Shown in pieces: positions 11,001 through 22,600 of a DNA stretch of 64,000 nucleotides. The stretch comes from Phoronis australis. Its lineage: Eukaryota > Animalia > Phoronida. Under the pieces are notes generated by a model, which saw only the letters and a program-made list of their open reading frames with translations, was not told where the DNA came from and made no database searches. The DNA lies in assembly GCA_002633005.1 (NCBI GenBank), contig NMRA01000096.1, positions 124,001 through 188,000 on the forward strand, read 5' to 3'. Each line of letters opens with the position of its first letter. The first letter of the stretch is position 1. Position numbers and translations under genes: made by a program.

Positions 11001-13341
11001 GCGATTGGCTATACTTCTATCAAATGCAAGGGCCTTTGGAAACTGTAACCACAGGCGGCCGCAGCTTCTGATCGTCCCCAATTCACTAACTACAAGGTAT
11101 GACACTCAAGACTAGAAATTCCCAGGGTGCTTTGATTCAGCTGTCCATATCAAAGACATAACTCAATAAATTTACACAAAACAGGGGTTCAACAAACCAT
11201 GAGATATTGTTCTTTCTTAGAATACCATTCACGGTGTTTTACTCCAGCAAGTTTGCAAGAAATTCGCTGTCAAAGCACAAAAATGTTACCAAAAAGCCCA
11301 AACACACTTCGCACTTTGACGGTTCGAGGCCAAGGACGGTGTGGAAATTACTGATGAATAACGGATGGACAGCGTTATTAACATCGTGACTTTACCTGAC
11401 AAAGCGGCAATTTCCGTACCGTCCTTGACCTCGAGCCGTCAAAGTGCGAAGTGTGTTTGGGCTTTCTGAGAACATTTTTGTGCCTTGACAGTGAATTTCT
11501 TGCGAACTCGGAGCAGGACACCGAGAATGATATTATATGAAAGAACAATTTCTCAAGGTTTGTTAAACCCCTTTTGTGTAAATTTATTGAGTTATGTGTT
11601 TCATATAGACGGCTGAATCGAAGCACCCGTGGAAATTCCACTCCCGAGTGTCATACTTTGTAGTATTATATAGCAGGGCTCGACATAACGAGCTGCAGGT
11701 CGCATTTGCGACCTGAAATTTGGAAATGCGAGCTGAGATTTTTGTCAGCTCGTATCAAGTCGCAAAATGCGACCTGGAATTTCCAACGAATGCGAGCTGA
11801 GTTTTTACACTTCTCGGCAGATACCTGGCAAATATAAAGCAACTATTGTTAATCCGACCATTACTTGGTTGTTGCCAAATCCAAGTTCAAAAGACCACTA
11901 ACTGAGAACAGCCCTCCCGTTGACTTGTAAGCAAGTCGCGTGACCATGAAATATGCAGAATCAATCTTTGACGAGTTTCATTGGCTAACATTTTCGGCCA
12001 CTTTTGCAAATATCCGGATTTGCCGAAGAAAGTATCGGGCCACATAACACATGATAAAACCTGAAAAAACAATGGTGTTTCTATTAATTCTTAAGCGATC
12101 AACTTATCAAACTTTGTGGTGGACAAATATGTTTGTTTTTCGCTTAAGATGTCCTTATTACCTTTACCAAATATCCACGACAATATCCCTGATATCGCAC
12201 TGCCGCACTGGTCGGTCCCGTTGTTAGCGCGCAAGCGATCCCGGCAAGACAATCGTGACTTAGATATGNGTCAAAGCACAAAAATGTTACCAAAAAGCCC
12301 AAACACACTTCGCACTTTGACGGTTCGAGGCCAAGGACGGTATGGAAATTACTGATGAATAACGGATGGACAGCGTTATTAACATCGTGACTTTACCCGA
12401 CAAAGCGGCAATTTCCGTACCGTCCTTGACCTCGAGCCGTCAAAGTGCGAAGTGTGTTTGGGCTTTTTGAGAACATTTTTGTGCCTTGACAGTGAATTTC
12501 TTGCGAACTCGGAGCAGGACACCGAGAATGATATTATACGAAAGAACAATTTCTCAAGGTTTGTTAAACCCCTTTTGTGTAAATTTATTGAGTTATGTGT
12601 TTCATATAGACGGCTGAATCGAAGCACCCGTGGAAATTCCACTCCCGAGTGTCATACTTTGTAGTATTATATAGTGTATTGGGGACGCAATCAGAAGCTG
12701 AGGACGCCTGTGTTTATAACAAGGTGTCTTTGATGTTTTAGTCAGTGTGAGGCATAATTCCTCGAAAAGCTTCCGACGAAGGAAGCTCCTATAGGAGCTC
12801 CATCGTCTCTACTGTTAGAACTGGGCCAGCTAGAGACGGTGATCACTGTCTCAATTCGTCGAAAAGCTTCCAGTGTACGAAGGCCCAGAGGGAGCATCAC
12901 CGTCACTGCTGCTCTGGCTTTGACTAGAGACTAGTAACCAGTGTAGCCTTGGTACAAACTGTATATAAATATACAGCTTTGCACCAATGTGGGTAAAAAA
13001 GTGGTAAGGTAAAATCTGACACAAAATTAGTGTCATTAAAAATACAGTTTTCCTTGAATAAACTAAATTATTCAACGGTATTGGGGTCTACGGAAGAAAT
13101 ACACACAGTGGTACCTAGCTGTATTTTGACGACAGTCTTCATGCAGCTAGCTGGTTGGCTAACTAGCGACAGTATACTATTAGTATTACTAGTTGATATT
13201 CATTGTTATAGAGTGAAATAAACTAGTCATCAGTGATCACCAATCAAATAGCAGGAAGGATACGAAATACACTGCAGTAAACAGCAACGCAAAAGCATCA
13301 ATTACAGCAAAGATGAAGAGCGGAACGTCACCCACAACCAT
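8062..13341 (-). CDS. CNIH4: Protein cornichon homolog 4, complete, 5 exons, 146 aa
   Basis: Exons (minus) 13341-13264, 10968-10900, 10518-10406, 9578-9438, 8101-8062; total 441 nt. [146 protein letters not shown]. Has CNIH4 signatures [16 protein letters not shown] and MIKLGFHL. Confidence 0.95.
10015..10173. mobile_element. GC-rich MITE of the CAGTGGCGGAT...ATCCGCCACTG type in CNIH4 intron 3
   Basis: Degenerate left end AAGTGCAGATCCAGGA..TTAGAGGGGGGCC, right end GGCCCCCCTCTAAATCCGCCACTG; flanked by direct repeat GACAAC (10009-10014, 10174-10179). Confidence 0.7.
11045..12852. mobile_element. Mutator-like foldback element with long inverted arms, left end truncated, partly duplicated across the gap at 12269
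   Basis: 11050-11350 is the reverse complement of 11408-11673 and 12409-12715; the right terminus ...GAGACGGTGATCACTGTCTC (12852) resembles the terminus of the TSD-flanked element at 13867-14811. Confidence 0.75.
11674..12268 (+). mobile_element. hAT-like non-autonomous insertion (left end only) inside the foldback arm
   Basis: Starts CAGGGCTCGACATAACG exactly where the arm breaks; has subterminal repeated GCGACCTG/GCGAGCTG motifs and palindrome CAGGTCGCATTTGCGACCTG; other end lost at the N at 12269. Confidence 0.6.
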
Positions 13342-13633
13342 CTCGCACCATTTACAGGTAAATTCATAGGACACATATGATTTAGTGTTATAACTGACCG
13401 CCAGGCTGGATAGCCTCGCACAGTTTATCAGTTTGGCAAAATGTCACAAATAAAATGCTTTCTTATAAACGTTTTGTATATTTATAAATATTTATAATAT
13501 TTACCTTTAAAATGACTTTTTGTTCAAGAAAAGAAGAATTGTACGTATTTGTAAAAACAGTCTTCCGAGATCCGAGATCCGAGCGTCATCTACCGACCTT
13601 CATCCACTTCCGCACATCGCCGTCGGCGAAGAA
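13342..13633. promoter_or_regulatory. Putative bidirectional promoter and 5' UTRs of CNIH4 and RPS6KC1
   Basis: Divergent start codons (13341 minus, 13634 plus) separated by 292 bp with a central AT-rich block (about 13450-13520). Confidence 0.7.
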
Positions 13634-16600
13634 ATGTCTCGGAGAGAAATGTCCTCCAAAACGAAGAAAGACGCTTTAGTTCGCATATTCTGTGTAGACG
13701 ACCCTCAGAAACACCCTAAAGGCTTCACAGTGTATAAAGTTACATCCAAGGTGGGCAGCTTGTAAACAACTTTATCGGAAAAATGAAAAAGAATGGCTTG
13801 GTCTCGACAGTTTAGCGTGAACTTCGCTCACCAAATCAAAAATACAAAATCAAATAGGCCTACGACTAGGCAATGACCATCGCCTCTGTTGGCCCGACCA
13901 GAGGCTATGCAGCTCCTATAAGCGCTCCATACGCCGGAAGCTGTTCGGCGAATTATGCCTCGCACCGACTAAAAAATCAAAGTCACGTTATAAATACTTT
14001 TGCGCATAGAGGAACAGCTTAGGAGGTTGTCGATGTGTTTAATTCCTTCCAACTCGAACAAATTCTCGCGTTATCAAACTTTTTCTTCGAGCAGTCCTTA
14101 TTTCAGTTTCCAAAATCGTGAATTCACCATTTTCACTCCGCGCACACCAAGAGATATGACCTCATTCTTTTAACCAGGCCGAAGGTCAGAAGTTGCAGGC
14201 CTACCGATGAACTTTGAAAGCTGAAGTCCCCACCCTCTGCATACGTGCTGCCGGGAACCAGCCATGCATTTGCCGTGCTGTTAAACATTAAAATGTCAAA
14301 TATGTGCTCAAAGACTATTAAATTTCATATCAACAGCATTTATTTTTATCAAATTGAAACAATAATTCATTGAAATACAATCAGTTTCAAGTAACGCCAA
14401 TGAAAGACAATTAAGTAGTGGTGGCATTTTGGAAACGAACATTTGGACCGCAATGGCTCACCTTTGGCCTATTTAAAGATTGAGGTCATGAAGTCACATC
14501 ACCTAGCGAGTGCAGTAAAAATTGGAGCGTGCACAGTATAAAAATGGTGAGTTCACGATTTTGGGAACTGAAATAGGGACTGCTCGAAGAAAAAGTTTGA
14601 TAACGGGAGTATTTGTTCGAGGTGGAAGGAATTAAACTCATTGACAACCTCCTAAGGTGTTCCTCTATGCGCAAAAGGTATTTATAACAACATGACTTTG
14701 ATGTTTTAGTTGGTGCGAGGCATAATTCGCCAAAAAGCTTCCGGCGTGTGGAGCGCCTATAGGAGCTGCATTGCTTCTGGTCGGGCCTACAGAGGCGATG
14801 GTCATTGCCTAGCCTACGACCTGAGACTGAGAAAGTTAACTAGCTAGCTAGCTAACTGTATGAAGACTATCGTCAAAATACAACTAGGTACCACTGTTGA
14901 GCTCTGTTAGACCCTGAAATTTCACACAGCCCAGGTAGTTCTGCTCGTCACCTCGTCGTGAAACTTATAGCAACATGTAGAGCTAACCACCAGCGGCGGC
15001 GGAAGTGCATGCAAAATCTGGGGGTCAACCGACTCTTAGCTTGTCCGTTACAGCCGTTTAACTTAAGTGAAAATCGATCTTATTAATGCCGTTTTCTTGC
15101 ATAACTCTCTGCCTTTTGAATCTAAGAAAAAGTTTATCATCATTTCGAAACCAGTGCGCTCATGACACGTGCAGGCACTGTTTCCTAAATTTTTTGCAAC
15201 ATTTCTCGAGAGATTATGGCAGCATTGTAGCACCAAATTTTGTTCTGAAATTCGGTTTTGTGGTATTAAAATTCTAAAAACTTGCTGTGAAATCAAACCA
15301 GTTCCGATGATTTGTTGTGACATGTACGCAACCTCGTGGAAGAAGATCAGTTGACAAAAAAAGATCAGTTGATTGAAGAATCGTCGAAGAAAGAAACTGG
15401 CTAATAGATGATGCTATATTTCATGGTGCCGAAAGCCGACGCATAAGATTGCTCCACAACTTTAGCAGTAAAAATAATTGTAGAGCACCAACTTTTCTAA
15501 CACCGGTAAATATTTTACTTTACTCAAGGAGCAGTGTAGTTTTTAATGACACTAATTTTGTGTCAGATTTCATTTGGTTAGTTTTTTACCCACATGGGCA
15601 CAAGGCTTTATTATATTAAGTATACAGCTTTGCACCAAGGCTACCTGAGAGTGAGAGTCAAAATTTCCAGGCCGCCAAATGGGAAATAGTTTTGCCAAAA
15701 CAAGGATACCCTGTGTATGGGATTGCGATAGTCTAGGCTCTCACATACTATAGTTGGCAACAGCCAGAAATGCAAAAAACAAGAAACCTGAATTGAAGAA
15801 TCAGCTAACCAGACAGACATCCGCTGCACATCACTTGACCCAGGATCTTAGAACAAGGTCGAGTGGCCGTTTTTAGTTGAATGAAAAACTACGAGTGTCT
15901 CCCATGATTGGTACTGACCAATTTTCTCCTCGAACAAGACATTCTGTGTAGGCTCACCCCTAACTGAAAAGCAGGCGATCAAGATAGACAATATCACTGT
16001 TTCGACTGGCAGCAGCAGAGACGGTGGTCTTCCCATAGGCCCTCCATACACCATTCTGCCACACACTGATAAAACCGTCAAAGTCATGATACTGTATGTA
16101 CCTTTTGCGCATAGAGGGACAGCTTAGCAGGCCATTATTTTGTCTTTAATTTCTTCCAACTCGAACAAATACTCCCTTAATCAAAATGTTTTTGAACAGT
16201 CCTTTGTTCAGTTACCCAACTCAGCTGGCCATTTTTACACTGATCACATCAGGGTTTATACGATTTTCTGTTTATTATTTGTAATTTGTTTCTTTTGTTA
16301 GATTTCTGGTAGATGTTATGAAGTGCTATTTATTATAAACAAATGATTTCTTTTCAGTCATATCCAGTTGAATCGCCGCATTCTGTAACTGAGGTAAGTT
16401 GATTTATCAGTATTTTTTGTATGTAGTGTTGTACAAACCTTGAGGTCGCTTTACAAAATGCTGTTCAAAACATGTTTTCATGTGTAGAAAGCATGTTTGA
16501 TTATGAGTCGAAATATCTAACAATAAGGTGTAAAATATTGACCCAGTTATTTAATGTTAGTTCGAAACCTTTCGTAGTTTTACTTGCTAATTGAGTGAAC

Positions 16601-19600
16601 TTGCCTGTGTTAGTTTACTAGCCGATGTCTGTCCGTTTACTCTGTGATGTATCTTAATACTTTGAATTATCTCGTCTTCGCTATTTATTAAAATGTAAAC
16701 ACTTTTATTTTTGAATTGACTGCACTTAATACTTGTTTGCAATTATATGATAGATGGCTTTGGTGTGTTTGCTTTAAGCCACACTTGATATACTGCTTTT
16801 ATCATGCTTGCAGGTAGTAGTATGGAGAAGATACAGTGATTTCAAGCGTCTGCATCAACAACTTCACACTCTTCACAAGGCACTGCACCGGCGGGCAGAG
16901 TTCCCACCGTTTGCAAAACCGAAAGTGTTTGGTAAGTGGTGAGAAATGACGTGTGAGTTTGGGTCGAAACCAGTCTTTTAGTATTGTCTAACCATTGCTT
17001 TTGCTCAAAACTAACTATTGAAAAATTACAATCTATGATAATTTTTACCGTTTGATAAGAGTTGCTTCATCAGTGCTCAGTGCTAGACCCTAGTTCCTTA
17101 GCTCGGTTTTAACTAAAAATTAATAAAGCTTAAAAATGGTTCCAGGTGATCAGAGCAATGGGCCCAGATGAACAGCCTGCGCTCGCCTGGTAAAACATGT
17201 ACCAGACCGCCTGCATTTATTTTTGTTTTGATGGTAATGTTGGTATTTTCATTGGTGCAGGTCGTTTTGAAGATTGTGTCATAGAAGAGCGACGTAAAAG
17301 TGCCTGTGACCTTTTAACCTTTGCCGCAACCCAGCCCCACTTGTTGATGTGCCAAGATTTTCACAATTTCTTTGAGGTAACGTTGGTTTAGGTGAACCTT
17401 GAGGATTTAGGGAAACTTATGTTTTCCCCTTGGTTTTGACCAAAGTGAAAGTCAGCTATGCATCTAGGAACGTTAAAGCAATTTTTTTAACTTTTCAAAC
17501 AAGATTTGCATCATTACAAAAGGTATTGAAAAGACCAATTTAATGATGTGTCAGTGAAGAGTGTAGGCGAACTGGTTCAAAAGTTTCTGCAATTTGAATG
17601 TTAAAAGAACACTGTAAAAACTCCATTGTTTCAATGGAATATATGTGACGTTTTTGTGTAAAATTATTTTAAAAAGGCATGACTTTCTTATGCCTTGGCT
17701 AAAATGTGTGAAAATTCAGACTGCAAGAACATTATATATAGAAAAAGGTAGGCTATACTATTTAAAATACAGAATTATTATTATTAATCAATTGATCAAT
17801 TATAATTGATTTGAAAAAATATTCAGTTTAATTTCTGTCCTATTTCCTTACCCAAATTGGTTGAAAACTTGCAGATAATAACGTTGATGTCTACAAAAAG
17901 ATATAGTCTATGTTTTCCCTGAAAGAATGATGAAAATTGTGAATTGGGATTAATTGGTTGAAGGGGCTTTAAATGCGGCCTCTGTGGAAGAAAGTTGCTC
18001 TTGCTTGTGACCACTTACCGCTATTAATCTAATCTCAACTATTCCTTGCTCAGCAGTGCATACTGCCATCGTTTCTCTCTGGGAGATCGTTGTCTGCTGT
18101 TCTATCTCCTAAACTCCTTGCAGCATATCATCGAGATTTGGCAGATGTTTTCCTATGAAAATGGCAACGGATGACAACGAGCTTCAGGCCAATCCAACAA
18201 CTACTATGTCCCCTAGTGGCAATTTTTGTTTTTACATTTGCTTCTGAATTTTCAGTTCCTCGACAATTTTTCATGAAACTTTTAAAAACTAGCTTCTGTT
18301 ACGAAAACGGCATCATCTTTCCTTTTTTTTGAAACGTATTTTGTGCAACGTAGTGTTCATTTTTACTATTTCTGAGTTTGTTTGTTTTTTTGCATTCTTA
18401 TTCTGTATCTGCCAAACCACTCTGAAGAGAAGCATTATGGAAATTGGCAACTGTCTTCCTACCGACAACAGCACAACTGAATGAGTTTTGGAAAGGACAG
18501 CTCTGAACGTGTTTAACATGACTTTTACAGGGTGGAACTAAAGTAAAGAAGAACGAGATAAGTGCATTGGGAAACGACAATGTATTGAAGCCAGTGGAGC
18601 TAAATCCTGTACTTAAGGAGTCGACGGATGGTGGTAACGACAACGAAGATGGTAGAGCGGGATCTCCTGAAGGGTGGGTAATTGAAGTGACGCTGAATAA
18701 GTAGGAATGCTATGTATCTCTGTGAATTGAGTTGTTTACATGCATGGCACAGTTCATGAATGTGTTGCTGAGTAAGGGGATGCCCAGATGTCTGGAGAGC
18801 AGCAAGAGGTGGCCAGACGTCCACTCAGGGGGATTACATGTCTGGGTCGATTGTATAAAAGTTATTCACTGTATAGATGTCGTTTTGTCACGCGTCACGC
18901 TTTTGTTGAGTAGTGTATATGGCATCATGCATCAGTCAAACTTATACAGGGAAGTTTCGAAGACTTGACCCAGCACAGCTGTCTAGAAAGTGTTCGATGA
19001 AATATCTGTGAGCAGTAGTGTAATTAACAAAAGGAAGTTCCATACTAATTCATCACAAAAATGTTTAATGAGAGTAATAAACAAATGGTACTTTTTACTG
19101 AGAGAGTTAAAAGACCTTTTATTCTTAAAAAAATTGCTGAAATGAAAAGATTACACTAAATGAGAGAAAGGCAAAATGGATTGTTGAATCTTTAGCCACA
19201 TGTTTTTGGAAAATGAGCCTGCCAGTCACAGCCCAGATTTTTTGTTGATATGTCATTTCCAGTGTTCTTTGTGTTGATGCGTTATCAAACCTGTTAATAT
19301 TGTACGTTTGCTGTATTTTTTTACACAGAGATGTGTTCAAAGATAGTTTGGGAGGAGTGTGGAAGTATAGAAAACCTGGCGACAATATCAGTCTCAATGA
19401 CGATGATGACGAACTCACCGATGACTCAGCACTGAGCACTCCGCTTCCGGACACGGATATCTCGTTTTTTGACCCACTTAACGAGGCACCTGAAAATTCC
19501 GAGGGAGACTCTCTACAGTGTAGCAACACGTGGCTTCTTTCAGCCATGAAGGAAATCGAGAGTCCTGTTGTGACGAGGAAAAATGAGGACACTGACATAG

Positions 19601-22600
19601 TTGGTTTGGAACTTCCTAGCCCCCCGATGGTATCTCCGGGTCAGGATATTGACGTTATTGATGGGCGGGAAATTTGTGTTGTTAAAGGCAGTGACTCAAC
19701 GTTGAGCTTGAGCGAGTTTGATCCATTGAAACCTGACAACCAAGAACACACAAAAGCTCAAGTATACTCTGTGAACACACAAGGGAATATGAGAGATCTG
19801 GCTACTGATGCTAACAAGACCAATTTTAGTGAAGTTCTCAACAGTATAGCTTCACGTGAGCGATCAAAGACTGCAGAGAGTGTCACTGGTATGGACCTAG
19901 GGAACTCGGATGACTACATTTTTCAGGCAGCCAATCAGATCAGCTTGGCCAAAGAGTGCGAGGCTACTGGCAACTATGAAGTGGCATTTGGATATTACAA
20001 GAGTGGAGTGGGCTTTCTACTGAAGGGAGTGCAAAGTAAGGACTGTCAGTAAATCTTGGCTAATAGGTTTTTCATGCAATCTATTTAACCTTTGGGTTGA
20101 AACTTTGTCGGCATTCCCTAGACCAAATTGCTCGCAACAAAACCAAATTCACGCAGGATCATGCTAGTCAGGCGAGCGAAAAAGCAAGTTTTTCACAAGT
20201 TCTCGAGACCTTAGTTATGTAACATAGAAAAATGGCAGCCACTGCTGAAGTGATTGATCGGTGAGGTTGTAATGTTCAAATACGGGACAGAATTCTTAAA
20301 TTACAGGATAGAATTCATAAATTATGGAATAGGATAAATAAATTATTGGATAGAATTCATCAGTTCCTTTCCATAAGCAAAGGTTTGTGGAATGTTTGGA
20401 ATGCCGCCATGCTCACTGTGTCTATTCAATACACAGAGTTTGAGACAGGCACCTGAATGCCATCTTCGGTCAGTTTACGATGGATCTGGATGAGGTGCAG
20501 CATCAGAAGCTAAAAACCTGCCAAAGTCGGCACCTCATTGTGATATGACTCAATGTAATGGTATTGCATGAAGTTAACAGTGATCTGTGCCAATGCTACA
20601 TAAATTGTGATATTTAAGAGCATTCAATGTTTATTTATCTCCTCTGTCAGGGGTTATGTTGTATTTGATGGGTATATTCATTTACAGTAATGTTTAAGTA
20701 ACAGTTTTCAATTAATGTAGATTATGCTTTCACCAGATGATACCAACAAGTCACGAAGAGACGCTGTTCGACGCAAGACAGCTCAATACTTGTTGAAGGC
20801 AGAAGATATCTACAATCGTCATATTGCTAGTAAGAGTGAAGACTCTAAAAGATGGGGTGTAAGTTTGTTTGTTTGTATCAGTGTGTATTGTATGTTGAGG
20901 ATTTTATGCCCTTTCTTGACACCAAGAAATTTATCAGTCAACTATAAGTCGTCTTTTCAGTTGTGTTTTACGATTAATAGAAAGCTGCAAGTTTTGTTGA
21001 AGAAAGCTGATTGATTGTCACACCCTATGTTATACTTTAATGGAGAAGCACTGATGATATATTCTTATTGTGATTCGGTTGGTGTTGCAAAAATATTCTC
21101 GATGTATAGTGTCATTGACATGTGACGTTGTCGATGCAGTGCAAGCTGGGTAAAAATTGTATGGAATCGGAATGTTGTATCTGTGTTCTGACGTTCAGTT
21201 TCCGGCACTGTATACACCACTTATGTTTCAATCCCTGATTTTTTACGCCTTGTAGTTGGATAGTAAGATATCGCCTAGCACTGAAGTCGACACATCCATT
21301 GCCTATATGCAAGGACCCGTGTCTGAACTACGGAACTACAAAGTACTAGGTGTCATTGACAGAGTGATGTTAGTTCTGGACAAAATGACTGAAGACACGT
21401 TTATCATTAAGGTCAGTTTGCACCGTTCTTTGTCTTGCTGTTACTTGTCTAAATTCTAACTTGTTTTTGCTTGTTTTATTAACGTAGAGGGTCGAGCCAT
21501 GTGTTTTGATGTCTCATTCTTCTTTATAAAGTACCAGCAATATACGAAAATAAGCCCATGGTGGATATTTGGGAAATAACCTTAAGTTCAAAATGTCAAA
21601 TGTAACTGAATATATGCCTGGGCGCATTTCGGAAAGAGGGGCGTAATATCGGAAACTTTTTGAAAGAATGAACATGTTGTTTTCAATGTTTGTAGCTGCA
21701 TCTCACCACTAAGACTTTTATTTGTCCATACTTATTTCCTATTCAGTATTTACAGTGCATTAAAACTATCCGTCATATTGTGGTAATATGGGTACTTACC
21801 TACTCACCCAATATCTTATTAAATGATAGTCATTTGAATGAAATCGCTATCCCAACATATGATGTCTTGCCTAACATTTTTTTCGCAAAAATGTATAACA
21901 TGTATTTTGGAACAATTTATCAGATTTTCAGAACATGCAAACAGTTATCAAAAATACACCCTTGGTCGTACTTTTGGAAATTTTCCAAAAATACCCCCAT
22001 GGACGTACTTTTGAGTGGGCTTTTTTCCGTAAATGCCTGGTAATGATAGTTGCTGATTGCGGTGCAATTTAAAATCAAATTTCATTATTACTCTTTGTTA
22101 TCTTTGTGTACAAAAGGCAGTGATGCATTTTTAATCGTAGCAATCTTGCTTTATCATCTTTGGAGAATGTTATCTTAATACCTCAGCTAGTGAGTTAAGA
22201 ATAAGCAATTGTTTTTATTCACAGTAACATTTTTGTGAACATGACATGTTTTGAACGTATTTCATTTTCTGCATTTTAGATTCTTCATAAGTCTGGGTCG
22301 GACACTGAATGTCATGACAAAAGTATCATTCCAGCTTCGTGTCCTTACATGGTCAGATTCTTCCGTTTTTACGAGACTGACTTTGCCATCTATGTCTTAC
22401 TACAGCACGCCTCTGGTGGCAAACTCTGGAACTATCTCCACTCATACTTGAACCAGACTGAGGCAAACAGAGACAGGTCTGAGTCTAAGGTATCTCAAGT
22501 GTCGACAGATAGCCAGGTTAATGTATATTCCGGCCAACACTTAATGGACGATTTTCACAATAGTGGAAATGTCGACTCACATGGAGAGCCTACAGTCGAT

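Larger units (their letters stand above)
10969..13263 (-). other. U12-type (minor spliceosome) GT-AG intron 1 of CNIH4
   Basis: On the minus strand the 5' splice site is GTATCCTT (13263-13256) and the branch site TTCCTTGAC (10988-10980) lies 11 nt from the intron end with no polypyrimidine tract; both match U12 consensus. Confidence 0.92.

Noticed and set aside
11207-12664. Three similar short ORFs ([12 protein letters not shown]) resembling a gene family
   Set aside because: They are translations of the foldback arms and of the duplicated segment across the gap.
19125-19598. 157-aa minus-strand ORF
   Set aside because: Largely an antisense shadow of RPS6KC1 exon 6.
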